Below, piece after piece: positions 45,709-55,283 of a DNA stretch of 64,000 nucleotides. The translations under genes and the position numbers were made by a program. The number at the start of each line of letters is the position of its first letter. Position 1 is the first letter of the stretch. The notes below the pieces were generated by a model, which was given only the letters and a program-made list of their open reading frames with translations, had not been told where the DNA came from and made no database searches. Origin of the DNA: Candidatus Saccharimonadales bacterium. Lineage in GTDB: Bacteria; Patescibacteriota; Saccharimonadia; Saccharimonadales; Saccharimonadaceae. The stretch spans positions 36,508 through 100,507 of the forward strand of contig JBKECJ010000007.1 in NCBI GenBank assembly GCA_047974525.1. The letters run 5' to 3'.

Positions 45709-47682
45709 TTAGCGAATCCTTTGCGCCTGCGCCGTTATCGTATGACTTTCAAGACCAAACGGCTCGAAGGCGGCGTGGTGTTTGTATCGAAGCTGCGCTC
45801 GACGGAATTCTCCGTAAACATAAGGCAACGTGGAGAGAATCGTGCCAGGCAACTCGTCCTCCCATCCGTAATCTTCGTACGATATTGAGTCTCCAGAAAA
45901 AACACTTACAGAGAAAGCGTAGTTTACTTTTGTGCTAAAGTCCTTAGCAAAGCCGCAATCCACTTTGTACTCTCTGCCCTCTTCGGAGATCTCTGGTCGC
46001 CATTTCGTAATTCGCTTTAATAGCGCCGGAGCGCCAAACCCTTGAAATATCGTGCCAAGCTCGCTCCGCAGGATGCCACCAATGTTGCTCGAGCCGGCAT
46101 CTGAATTTTCGCCCTTAAATATAGCCCCAACGCGACTAGAGCCTTGCAAGAACTCGCCATTAGGATTGTTGCGCGCGGCGGTAGCAGAGACGTATGCGTC
46201 CGTGTCGATAGACTCCCAAGCGCCCGTAATTAAATGGTAGACTAAGCACTTATTGTTTTCTACTGAGTCACCATCGGCGTAAAACACAAATAGCCTATTA
46301 TCGAAAAGTTCTGTGATGATTTGGCTTTTATTCTTAATAGCCGAATAGACGTCGTTGATTGTTTCGCCAGTAATATCTTTTTCGCTCGTTCCATTGAATA
46401 TGTATATTCCGTCATTTGATGGGTAGTATATGAAGTTCGTATCAGCCGATATGCTCTCTTGCGTAAAAGTGCCTTTCTGGGCTGCAGCGGAGTTCATGGT
46501 AAAAGTAGTCCAGTCATCGCCATAAAGTGCGTATTTGTTTCGTTTAGTCAAAAAGAAAAGCGTTCCGCCCAGCTCCACGAAAGCCGCTAAATCATCACCG
46601 CATTTTGGAGCCGGAATATCACTTACGAACGATTGTTCGACGTCAAATTTGTCATAAAGCGGTAAACGCTCGGAAGTAAAAACACCATTAGGATCATCGG
46701 CAGACATGTAAAACAAAAACGAGCCAAACATCATTACGTTCCTTGCAGATAAGTTCCGGCCGGAAGGATCGGCAATCTCTATTTCGGAGAAATCTTCCAA
46801 AAGAATAACTCTTGGATTACCGCCCGCGTCGCCTACATAGCGCACCGCGGCCACGGGGTCAGAATCATCATCTGGTACATATTGCGCTTGATTGAAGCGT
46901 ACCTTCCTAGTCCCAGTTGGGAGTTCGTCATTCTGGATCGTTGTTTCTCCGCTTTCGTCGGTTCGGTAAAGAATTCCATTCTGAGCGAAAAACGTCGTAA
47001 ATACCCCAGAATTATTTGCGACGAAAATACTATCGACGCCTCCGGCGGTCGCGCTAATCAGTCGATATAATGCTCCGTTATTGCCAAAATCCGTTGAGGT
47101 CTGTATGTAGAAATCTCCTGCGGCATCTGGCTGGAGCGAGAATTGCAAAATATAATTACCACCAGAAACAATATCTGGAGCGTTAACGAACTTAACTTCA
47201 ACCTGAGTCTGCATGGTAGATAAGTCTGGGTAGTTAATATTACTGTGTGCCACCAAATCTCCCCGCGAGCCATCTTCGTTCTGCGCGTATAGTCTTACGG
47301 AGACTACACCCTTAGAGTCTAAGTCTTTTCGACACATGAATTGTATAGCCCAAAGCCTAAAGTCACCTGAAGCCACTACGGGCACTTCTAGCGTCGAATC
47401 GCCCGATAATACATATTCTTCCAAGTTCTCATCCGACCATTGCTCTTGAGCCGTTGCGCGCCCCATAGCGTCGAACTTTACTGTGCTCCCGTGACGCGTC
47501 CTATACTTTCCAATCTTCTCCATGCGCATGTCCTGTGCAATAAGTAGGTCGTAAGGCTTGAGTTTTTGTTCCGGCGTATACGTTTTGATGCCGCCACTAA
47601 AATCTGCCGAGACGCTCTCAAACTTCCGACTCGATGATTTCGGGATAGTCTTTGATCGTTTAAATCGTGACTTTATGGCCAT
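45709..47682 (-). CDS. large phage tail/baseplate structural protein
   Basis: Start MAIKSRFKRSK (ATG 47682); ~657 aa; Asp/Gly/Ser-rich. Confidence 0.5.
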   Translation of the reverse strand: MAIKSRFKRSKTIPKSSSRKFESVSADFSGGIKTYTPEQKLKPYDLLIAQDMRMEKIGKYRTRHGSTVKFDAMGRATAQEQWSDENLEEYVLSGDSTLEVPVVASGDFRLWAIQFMCRKDLDSKGVVSVRLYAQNEDGSRGDLVAHSNINYPDLSTMQTQVEVKFVNAPDIVSGGNYILQFSLQPDAAGDFYIQTSTDFGNNGALYRLISATAGGVDSIFVANNSGVFTTFFAQNGILYRTDESGETTIQNDELPTGTRKVRFNQAQYVPDDDSDPVAAVRYVGDAGGNPRVILLEDFSEIEIADPSGRNLSARNVMMFGSFLFYMSADDPNGVFTSERLPLYDKFDVEQSFVSDIPAPKCGDDLAAFVELGGTLFFLTKRNKYALYGDDWTTFTMNSAAAQKGTFTQESISADTNFIYYPSNDGIYIFNGTSEKDITGETINDVYSAIKNKSQIITELFDNRLFVFYADGDSVENNKCLVYHLITGAWESIDTDAYVSATAARNNPNGEFLQGSSRVGAIFKGENSDAGSSNIGGILRSELGTIFQGFGAPALLKRITKWRPEISEEGREYKVDCGFAKDFSTKVNYAFSVSVFSGDSISYEDYGWEDELPGTILSTLPYVYGEFRRAQLRYKHHAAFEPFGLESHTITAQAQRIR

Positions 47683-48331
47683 ATGGCAACCTCGCCCTAT
47701 TACCGCTGTCGTTTTGTCGAGGCCCAAATCGCCTCTTCATATTCTCAATGACTTCGAGCTGCTTGTTTTCGTAAATTTGCGCAAAATCAAAGTTGTCTCG
47801 CCATTGCTCTACTCTCGCTAGCGCCCCGAGTACGAGGCATTCGCTAAATTCGTCCGGGATAACGGCCTTGTCTTCCGGCTTCACTAGCTGTTTTGGCTTC
47901 GCCAGGTACATATGTCGAACTTGCCATAGCTCAGGCAGCCCCCCAACCGTCGGCGCACAGGGCTTATTGTCGCGCGGCAGAGTAAAGAATACCTTATTCG
48001 AAAATACGGTATAGGTGTAGTTTCTATCCGGATACGCATATTCCGTAGATTTATCGAAATACTCGCGGAATGGCAGATACCTCAGCCTTCGAGGCATCGA
48101 GCCTTTCTTATTCACTAGTATCTGCTCAGTCTGCTGCCAATCGCGCGGCAGATCCAGCTCTCCCCCGCTTACCTCCACGGGATCGTCATAACGTTCCAAA
48201 AACATATATTCTGCTTCGCCCAGAATTTCATTTTGGCAATCATTCAAAAAATCGCCAATCTGACCATCGCCTAACTCGGGATCTTTCGCTTTGTTGCGTA
48301 CCCTCTCTGTGAGCTGCGCTAATGTAGTCAC
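47660..48331 (-). CDS. phage tail-module protein
   Basis: GTG start at 48331 preceded by GGAGA and conserved element (b); 223 aa. Confidence 0.5.
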   Translation of the reverse strand: MTTLAQLTERVRNKAKDPELGDGQIGDFLNDCQNEILGEAEYMFLERYDDPVEVSGGELDLPRDWQQTEQILVNKKGSMPRRLRYLPFREYFDKSTEYAYPDRNYTYTVFSNKVFFTLPRDNKPCAPTVGGLPELWQVRHMYLAKPKQLVKPEDKAVIPDEFSECLVLGALARVEQWRDNFDFAQIYENKQLEVIENMKRRFGPRQNDSGNRARLPYGHKVTI

Positions 48332-48372
48332 AATAATCTCCTACATGGCGCCTAATATTTTAATTATATCAC
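48332..48372 (-). promoter_or_regulatory. conserved late promoter/leader element, copy b
   Basis: Minus strand TGATATAAT-TAAAA-TATTAGGCGCCATGTAGGAGA-TTATT-GTG. Confidence 0.55.
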
Positions 48373-48484
48373 ACAGATATTACGATTTCCACTTCAATAC
48401 GCGTTGTTTTATGGTTATGCTGTATCGTTTCTGAGAATATGGTAAAATTAAACTAATTTAATCTCTTGGAGAGAAGGAAGCATA

Positions 48485-48793
48485 ATGGATAAAAAGTTAG
48501 TGCAGCCAAACAACAAAAAGACGCTAATAATCGCTGGGGCTTGTCTGCTCGCCGTCGCAATCCTATCCGCGACTGCGCTGATTATTGTCAATATGCTCAA
48601 TACGAAAGATGATGATTCTGCGCAGAGGCTTGAAGATGCGAAAAACTGCGTAGTATCGGCAGGCCAAAAATCTACTTCCGGATCATTTGCAGACGGTTCC
48701 TATACTCCGTCAGGCGCCAGCTACACACAAATTATCGCCGAATGCGCTGAAAAACATAGCGTCTCTTATGGCGACCTAACAGCCGAATTATAG
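48485..48793 (+). CDS. small membrane-anchored protein (counter-oriented cargo gene)
   Basis: 102 aa; N-terminal TM LIIAGACLLAVAILSATALIIV; RBS GGAGAGAAGGAAG; extended -10 TGGTAAAAT at ~48435-48443. Confidence 0.5.
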   Translation: MDKKLVQPNNKKTLIIAGACLLAVAILSATALIIVNMLNTKDDDSAQRLEDAKNCVVSAGQKSTSGSFADGSYTPSGASYTQIIAECAEKHSVSYGDLTAEL

Positions 48794-48805
48794 GGGTCGC
48801 ATCGT

Positions 48806-49267
48806 ATGAGCGAGGCTCCGAATGCTAAAAAGCACAACACAAAGGTCGCTACTTATCTCGTCGCAGGCTCACTTATAGTTTTAGGGTGCGCTGCCTTCGA
48901 CAGCCAAACTACTTGCGAAAGACAGCCCATTCCTTTCGCAACAGAAACAGTTCGTCTAGATAATCAGTATGCGGACTATAGGAGCGAGGCGGCAGGAATT
49001 AGCGGGGAAAAAGAAATCTGCCGACAGCACGGAAAAATAGTCTCCGAAAGAACGACAGCAAGTCCAGTTAGCAAAAAAATATATGTCGGCACGATCGCCA
49101 GGTCGCCAAGTGCAACATATACCCCATCTACCCCCAGTAGCCAATCTCCTCCGGCCACAACGCCGAGAGGGAGAACAGGGGCAATCTGTAATGATGGCTC
49201 ATCAAGTAAAGCAACGGGCTCTGGGGCGTGTAGCCACCACGGCGGCGTAGCGTATTGGACGTACTAA
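48806..49267 (+). CDS. putative secreted/lipoprotein with Pro/Ser/Thr-rich linker and Cys-rich C-terminus
   Basis: 153 aa; signal-like VATYLVAGSLIVLGCAAF; ...SPSATYTPSTPSSQSPPATTP... Confidence 0.5.
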   Translation: MSEAPNAKKHNTKVATYLVAGSLIVLGCAAFDSQTTCERQPIPFATETVRLDNQYADYRSEAAGISGEKEICRQHGKIVSERTTASPVSKKIYVGTIARSPSATYTPSTPSSQSPPATTPRGRTGAICNDGSSSKATGSGACSHHGGVAYWTY

Positions 49268-49268
49268 A

Positions 49269-49598
49269 ATGAAGTATGTATTATTTATCATTGGCGTAAT
49301 TGGGATTATCTGGTCGATTTGGATGCTCGGCGGAAAAATAGATAACCACAAAGAGACTGGGTTGAAAATTTGCGGAGATTTATATGCCTATGATGGAGTG
49401 TATCATGACAATGACTTTATTTGGTACGCAGAATGCTATAGTGAATATGACGATTCAGCAAACACTTGGTTCGGATGGTCGTTATTCTTGCTCATAATAG
49501 GCACGCCGGTCACGATATTGTCTGGAATTGCAATCCTGCGCTCCAAGAGCAACGCAAAAGCCACTCCCAAGCAAGTCAACGATTCGGTCACTGGTTAA
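49269..49598 (+). CDS. small two-TM membrane protein
   Basis: 109 aa; MKYVLFIIGVIGIIWSIWMLGG... and ...WSLFLLIIGTPVTILSGIAIL... Confidence 0.5.
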   Translation: MKYVLFIIGVIGIIWSIWMLGGKIDNHKETGLKICGDLYAYDGVYHDNDFIWYAECYSEYDDSANTWFGWSLFLLIIGTPVTILSGIAILRSKSNAKATPKQVNDSVTG

Positions 49599-52228
49599 TA
49601 GTTTGCGTAGATTGATTGCTCGTATCCGCTCAATAAATCGGATATCGTCGCAAGCTTTCTCTGCGCACTATCGCTAGTGTCAGTAAACTGTGGCAACATA
49701 TCCGCATAGCGTTTTGCATCACTCTCCGTCGCACCAAGATTCACGAAGTTCTTTATGATAGCCATTCCGAGGGAGTTTCGCAGGTCATTGTAGTAGCGCA
49801 CGTTTTCATCTAGCCCTCCAAATGTGTTCGTAAGCACTCCAGCTAGTCCCTGTCCGCCGCCCGCCTTTGCGAAAGCATCGGCAATTTGATTAAGGCTATT
49901 TCGGGAATTTTGTATGTTTTGGAGGGTTGTCTTATCACCTGCAGACAAATCGGCGCTCGCACCAGATTGACTTTTAGCCTGTCGTTCGTAGGTGTTTTTC
50001 AGCATGCTGTAAACTTCATTTAGCCTATCGTAGGCTACCGTATCTCCCATCATCATTGCGTTCATCATAGCTTGCTCTGTATCTTCAAGCCCCACTTGCT
50101 GCCCATTCGGGAGCGTATAAGTTGGGCTCGTCGCCATAGTGGTTGTTTGGCCAGAAGTGTATTGGCTCGGAAGACTATTCAGGGCACTCAAGATATTATT
50201 CGCGCTTTGCTCCGAAACTTGGGATGGGATCGATAAGTCGTTCGCATCGCCGCCCCGTGATTGGAATCCTGAGATGAGGTCTGCAATTCCATCATCAATG
50301 AGCGCATTTTGGCCATTCGCAGTATTGGCGATTGCGTTTTGCCCTTGACTCCGAGCAACACTCTGACGGACATTAGCGTTGATCATATTGCCTGGAGAAA
50401 CGACTACTCCGCTCTCTCCAAGCTTGAAGTCGCCGAATGGCGACCCGGCAGAAGAGCGAGCCTTCGGCATCTGCGCCGCGTCGCTTCCGTTGACGATATT
50501 TAAATTCCTGTCGACTCGAGCTTGTCTGACTGGCGTTAAATTCTGACCCTCGCGCATGGCTAACTTCAGTGCCTCTGATTTCGACAACGGGATATCCGTC
50601 CTTCCGGCCGTCCTTCCGCCATATGTCGTCGAGTTATTATCTGCCGAATCAATAAATATCATGGCACGCGTTGGTGTCTTGATTGACGAACGAAGCGACG
50701 ACATTGGAGTTCCGGAATCCACCGAGTTGACCATATCATCTACCCTTGCCTGCCATTTTTTGTTGTTCGGGAACATGTCGCGCAGCTGCTGAACTTGCGC
50801 AGCGTTATTATCAAGAGCGGCTCCCAATGCCCCAGTTCCTCTTACTGCCGAATCTAGATTATCACCGATATTACTTGCAATCTTGTATAGCTGATCGGCG
50901 TTGTAGGTTATGCCCCCACGCTCAAGTGTTCCTGCAGAATCGGCTGTATTGGCAAGTTTTTCAATTTGGCGTTGCAGCGTTAGCGCATCTACGCCTGATT
51001 TATTTCCAGATATACTGCTTGGCGTTTCATCAATTAGCTCGGATAATAGCCCGCTATACTTACGTATGCTCGAATTATTTTTCATACCGAGCTCTTTTAC
51101 TAGTCTATTAGCGTCAGTTAAATCGACGACACCCGCCCCACCTGCCGTGTCGCGGATAATCTTACTCCCAGCGTCCAACATGGCGTTCATGCCCTGCCTG
51201 ATGTCATCGGCATTGGTCAGCCCGAAGTCGCCAGCTACCGACGTAAAGGTCTCAGACGGTCTTACCCGATCATTGACGCGCTTGGGGACTACGCCGAACT
51301 GCTCGGTTATATCTTTTGCGATAGCGCGCTGCGCCTTTACCTGTTTATTATTCAGCTTGCCAACCCCCTCCGTAGTCGCTTGCGTAGTGCCGTTGACACC
51401 CCGAATCGTCCTTCCGCGCATCTTGTTAATAGCTTTTGAGCCAATACCGAGCGCGCCGCCCATTGCTCCTCCGGCGAGTGCGCCTCCACCAATCCCGCCA
51501 CCTAGGTTATTTAGTGCATCCTCAATTGAACCTCCAGACGCAAGAGTATTCCCAACGGCTGAAGTTCCGCCTCCAACTGCACCAGAAAGTGCACCGCGCC
51601 CGACATTTCCAAGAATCGTAGTTGGATCCGTAAGCTTTGTAGCGCCGCTTCCAAGAATGCTCGTTATCCCTTTGCCCCCGGCCTTTTCAGCAAGCTTCCC
51701 GACTCCTTTTAGCGCTCCGGCAGTCAAACCTTCAGCGGCCGCACCTGTCCCGGCACGCCCAAGAGCAGTGCCCAAATCTGCTTGATTCCCCTTTTCGTAA
51801 AATTCATCTCCAAATCCCTGAGCCGCACCACCAAATACGTTCCCAGCTATCGCTCCGGCTCCGGGAATGAAGCTTGCAGCGGTTCCCGCCGTTTTCATAG
51901 CGGCGCCTAAGTTCTTTGCGTATGCGTCTTTAGCATTATCTTCTCCGTAGACATTCGCGACATGGGCATCCTGCATAGCCTTAATCTCATCGGCATTTTT
52001 ACCCGAAGCGAGGCCACCTATAGTGTGGCCCATGCTTCCAAAAAACGAAGCTCCAGCCTGCCCGACAGGTTTAACTACGCTATTGAAAAAATCTACTAAC
52101 GGGTTGCCACTGCTTTGGCTTTGGGTGTTCTGGTTATATCGTCCAGCAAGAGTTTCCAGATCCGCGTTAACACCTGTGGGCGCAACCCATTTTTTGCCAC
52201 TTGGTATATATCCGCCATTTTCAAACAT
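49595..52228 (-). CDS. tape-measure-like / internal virion protein with Gly/Ala-rich repeats
   Basis: 877 aa, largest structural ORF. Central GGGALAGGAMGGALGIGS-type repeats, helical N-terminal third. Confidence 0.5.
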   Translation of the reverse strand: MFENGGYIPSGKKWVAPTGVNADLETLAGRYNQNTQSQSSGNPLVDFFNSVVKPVGQAGASFFGSMGHTIGGLASGKNADEIKAMQDAHVANVYGEDNAKDAYAKNLGAAMKTAGTAASFIPGAGAIAGNVFGGAAQGFGDEFYEKGNQADLGTALGRAGTGAAAEGLTAGALKGVGKLAEKAGGKGITSILGSGATKLTDPTTILGNVGRGALSGAVGGGTSAVGNTLASGGSIEDALNNLGGGIGGGALAGGAMGGALGIGSKAINKMRGRTIRGVNGTTQATTEGVGKLNNKQVKAQRAIAKDITEQFGVVPKRVNDRVRPSETFTSVAGDFGLTNADDIRQGMNAMLDAGSKIIRDTAGGAGVVDLTDANRLVKELGMKNNSSIRKYSGLLSELIDETPSSISGNKSGVDALTLQRQIEKLANTADSAGTLERGGITYNADQLYKIASNIGDNLDSAVRGTGALGAALDNNAAQVQQLRDMFPNNKKWQARVDDMVNSVDSGTPMSSLRSSIKTPTRAMIFIDSADNNSTTYGGRTAGRTDIPLSKSEALKLAMREGQNLTPVRQARVDRNLNIVNGSDAAQMPKARSSAGSPFGDFKLGESGVVVSPGNMINANVRQSVARSQGQNAIANTANGQNALIDDGIADLISGFQSRGGDANDLSIPSQVSEQSANNILSALNSLPSQYTSGQTTTMATSPTYTLPNGQQVGLEDTEQAMMNAMMMGDTVAYDRLNEVYSMLKNTYERQAKSQSGASADLSAGDKTTLQNIQNSRNSLNQIADAFAKAGGGQGLAGVLTNTFGGLDENVRYYNDLRNSLGMAIIKNFVNLGATESDAKRYADMLPQFTDTSDSAQRKLATISDLLSGYEQSIYANY

Positions 52229-53040
52229 TATCTAGTTGCCCCCACTCCCCCGAACGAGCCACCACCAGATTTATTCACTAGGGCAGGCAACCCAAGCATA
52301 GATCGTTGATGATTAGTAGCAGTACCATTGATAACAGCGCGTGCGTTTGCATCGCCAGCGCTCGCCATATCGTTCAATATGTCGTTCATGGTAATCGTCG
52401 AGGAGTTTAGGGCTACATAAGCATTCGCAGTTATCGGCTTGCCATTTGCATCATAAAAATAAAATCCATTCATGTCGTTACCCTTATTTGACCCCCTTTG
52501 AACTCGTCCGACCGTCTTCGTCTCAGCTGCCTTTTGCGTATTGTAGTAGTCGCTCAAAGCCTTAGCCTGAATTGAAGCGGCTTCTCTCTGAGCCTGTAGC
52601 TGCGCCTGACGATCAAGATCGGCTTGGTAGAGGCTCTGCGCATACTTATACTGATCGTTCGTCAGCGAGTTTAGTGTGTTCTCGAGGTCGAATTTGCGAT
52701 TATTATAATTCTGTCGAGTAGACTCCTGATTTGCGTTCAAATCGCGGTTTAGCTGTGTCACGGCAGGAGTATAACTATTCTTCTCGTAATTAGCGGCATA
52801 ATTCTGCCCAATATTACTCCAGCCAAGTCCACGGTTAGCCGCAGTAGACTGCGCGCCGTAGTTGTACTGGTCTTTTGCGCTATCGAGTCCACCTTTGTCT
52901 ATATTGTATTGCTCGCTCAAAGAGTTAAGGGCTCCCGTAAGCTGATCTGGGATAGCGTTAATCTGGTTTTGAATGCCCTGCTTTTGCGAAGCGTAAGCTG
53001 GGTTTGATTGTTCTATATATGTCTGAAGAGATGTCGCCAC
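52228..53040 (-). CDS. phage structural protein (Gln/Asn-rich)
   Basis: GTG start 53040 preceded by conserved element (c); 270 aa. Confidence 0.45.
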   Translation of the reverse strand: MATSLQTYIEQSNPAYASQKQGIQNQINAIPDQLTGALNSLSEQYNIDKGGLDSAKDQYNYGAQSTAANRGLGWSNIGQNYAANYEKNSYTPAVTQLNRDLNANQESTRQNYNNRKFDLENTLNSLTNDQYKYAQSLYQADLDRQAQLQAQREAASIQAKALSDYYNTQKAAETKTVGRVQRGSNKGNDMNGFYFYDANGKPITANAYVALNSSTITMNDILNDMASAGDANARAVINGTATNHQRSMLGLPALVNKSGGGSFGGVGATR

Positions 53041-53082
53041 GTAAAATCCTCTACATGGCGCCTAATACTTCTATTGTATCAC
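53041..53082 (-). promoter_or_regulatory. conserved late promoter/leader element, copy c
   Basis: Minus strand TGATACAAT-AGAAG-TATTAGGCGCCATGTAGAGGA-TTTTAC-GTG. Confidence 0.55.
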
Positions 53083-53173
53083 GCGCCATCAATTTTTCCT
53101 ATATTTTAATCGTCGAATCAGCTCGCTCAATTGTGCCCCCGAACGTATCGGGGACACTAGGAACGAGCTATCC

Positions 53174-54094
53174 TTATGCGGATTGAAGAATTGCCACGCC
53201 CTTCTTCTTGCCGTTCGCGTCAAACACCCAAGCGCCTGGGCGATACAACGCACGAAGCACCGCGCCGTCTGCACCCGCTGCGCGAGCCAAGTCGCCAGTA
53301 AGAATGCTGATGCTCTTAAGTTTGTTGACCGAACCCATCACGCGGTTATCCCACAGGACTGCCTTAACGTTAGGGGCTGCGGTAAACGCTGCCTGCGCAT
53401 ATGGGCTCGTTCCGGTGGTCGTCATAGTATTGAAGAACTCGTCCGGTACGATTTCTACATCGATACCGAGAAGCTGCTTCTGTTCGCCCGTACGCGCCTT
53501 GCCATCGTTGTATGACGGCGTATAGCTCGTAAACAGGTTCTTATTAAGCAATGGCTCTACGCTCGCCGCGATAAACAACGTCTGGTTTTTCGCATACGAC
53601 CTTTGCTGCTTGAGCGCCGCGGCCATCTCGCCAATGCCAGTAATGACGTCGGTCTCATCGTAAGTCACGACATTCGCGCCGCCATACGCCGTAGCGGCGT
53701 TGATAGCTGCGCCAAGCGCGATCTTATCAATGAGCGGGGTATACTGCTCCATAATCGCAACGTTCATGATGCGACCGCCCTCTTTCATCGCCCCAGCGGT
53801 GTCATCGATTTGAACCGCGGTAAGCATTTTGTTCGTTTCGTAGAAGAAGTCTACGTCTTTTCGCACGACGTCTGAGTTGGTCTCGGTAGGGTCGCCAAAG
53901 AGCGCGCTAGTGTGCCCAGCGATAAAGTCGCTAGTATCCACAGTACGGAAGTAGACGCTAGCTACGCCTCCATCCTCTTTGTATTCGCCACGACTCTTCA
54001 TGTGGACTAGAGTCTGTGATTCTTTCGTAAAGAGCTGGTCTAGCTCTTTCGCATATTTGGTTGCGTAATCAACATTACGGCTATCAGCTGCCAT
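53174..54094 (-). CDS. putative major capsid protein
   Basis: 306 aa, follows the scaffold-like acidic protein and portal. Call is based on gene order and size, not a recognised motif. Confidence 0.4.
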   Translation of the reverse strand: MAADSRNVDYATKYAKELDQLFTKESQTLVHMKSRGEYKEDGGVASVYFRTVDTSDFIAGHTSALFGDPTETNSDVVRKDVDFFYETNKMLTAVQIDDTAGAMKEGGRIMNVAIMEQYTPLIDKIALGAAINAATAYGGANVVTYDETDVITGIGEMAAALKQQRSYAKNQTLFIAASVEPLLNKNLFTSYTPSYNDGKARTGEQKQLLGIDVEIVPDEFFNTMTTTGTSPYAQAAFTAAPNVKAVLWDNRVMGSVNKLKSISILTGDLARAAGADGAVLRALYRPGAWVFDANGKKKGVAILQSA

Positions 54095-54140
54095 AAGTAT
54101 CCTTTCAAAAATTAGGGTTAAATCCGCAACCTAATTTCAA

Positions 54141-54872
54141 TTAGGCTTGATTGAAGCCATCAAGGAAGTCATCTTCTTTGTCGCCCGAACCGAACTGTTT
54201 ACTGTCGGTGGAGCCCCCAGCTAGCCTTTGGGCGCGCTGTTTGCTAGAGATTTCGGCCAATGTCTGTTTTCGTGTTTGCTCTTGGATGGTTTTAGGGTCT
54301 ACTGCCCCGCCACCAATCAGCTTATACACATCTTCCAAACTCATAAGACCGTTAACGACTAATTCGCCGCGCCTAATCTGCTGTCCGTTTGGGAGCATAG
54401 TAGGCTGCTGCAAAAACTCAGCCATCTTCGTTTCTTCCTCTGGAGTGAGATTAACCTTCGCCTTGAAATCCGCCGACATTTGGCGGTTTTTCATCATCTG
54501 CATGTCGCGAGCTATAATATCCATCTGCGTTTGTGGCGCAGTCTGCGTATTCTGAAGCTCTGTCTCTATGCGAGGCGCATTAGCCTGTCGCTGTTCATGC
54601 ATAGCCTTTTCTGCGTTTCGATACATCTTGGCCATTTTCTTGAAAGCGTCAGGATCTGAAGGGTCAAGATTCTTTTGAGTCTTTATGTATTCGACGTCTT
54701 CGTCAATCTCAGGTTCTGCCTGCTCGGCATCTTCGATCTCAGGTTCGTCTCCTGCATTAGTTTCTTGTTCTGCGGCAGTTATTTCTGCCGACTCTTCTGG
54801 CTGCTCTTGGGTTCCGGATGCCTCCGCTCCAATGCCTTGCCCGAATTCATCGGTTGTAGTTTCTTCTGTCAT
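54141..54872 (-). CDS. putative scaffolding protein
   Basis: 243 aa, strongly acidic N-terminus then helical Gln/Met/Lys-rich region, between portal and capsid. Confidence 0.4.
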   Translation of the reverse strand: MTEETTTDEFGQGIGAEASGTQEQPEESAEITAAEQETNAGDEPEIEDAEQAEPEIDEDVEYIKTQKNLDPSDPDAFKKMAKMYRNAEKAMHEQRQANAPRIETELQNTQTAPQTQMDIIARDMQMMKNRQMSADFKAKVNLTPEEETKMAEFLQQPTMLPNGQQIRRGELVVNGLMSLEDVYKLIGGGAVDPKTIQEQTRKQTLAEISSKQRAQRLAGGSTDSKQFGSGDKEDDFLDGFNQA

Positions 54873-54995
54873 GAACTCTCCGTTAAATTAAGTTGCTTTC
54901 ACGGGGATAACTCCCCGTAATCCTAGCCCTGGTCATGTTTTTAGGCACCATGTCCAAATTGGATTATTTAATAAAATCCTAGGCTAGGGTTACGA

Positions 54996-55283
54996 CTAGC
55001 TATCTGTGTCTTCGTTTGACTCCGCCTCCTTTCTCTCTTTTTCTTTGCGCTCGGCATCAATAGCGAAACAGTTTTCAATCGCAACTAGCACTCCCTTAAT
55101 TCCTGCGGCACGCTGGGTTTCTTTCAGACATTCAAATTCGGTCGTCGCGTCCATAGCCCGCTTAACTCGCGCATCGCGCATCTCTTCAAATTGTTCGCGG
55201 ATTAAAATCCCATCAGGGCTACTGAATACTCGCAAGAATGCACTTACGCGCGCATCCTGCTTCTGTCTTTCATCGGGCGTCAT
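54996..55283 (-). CDS. small phage head-module protein
   Basis: 95 aa; 4-nt overlap with the portal stop. Confidence 0.4.
   Translation of the reverse strand: MTPDERQKQDARVSAFLRVFSSPDGILIREQFEEMRDARVKRAMDATTEFECLKETQRAAGIKGVLVAIENCFAIDAERKEKERKEAESNEDTDS

Noticed and set aside
50910-51785. 291-aa Pro/Ala/Ser-rich plus-strand ORF
   Set aside because: Antisense to the Gly/Ala-repeat region of the tape-measure-like gene.
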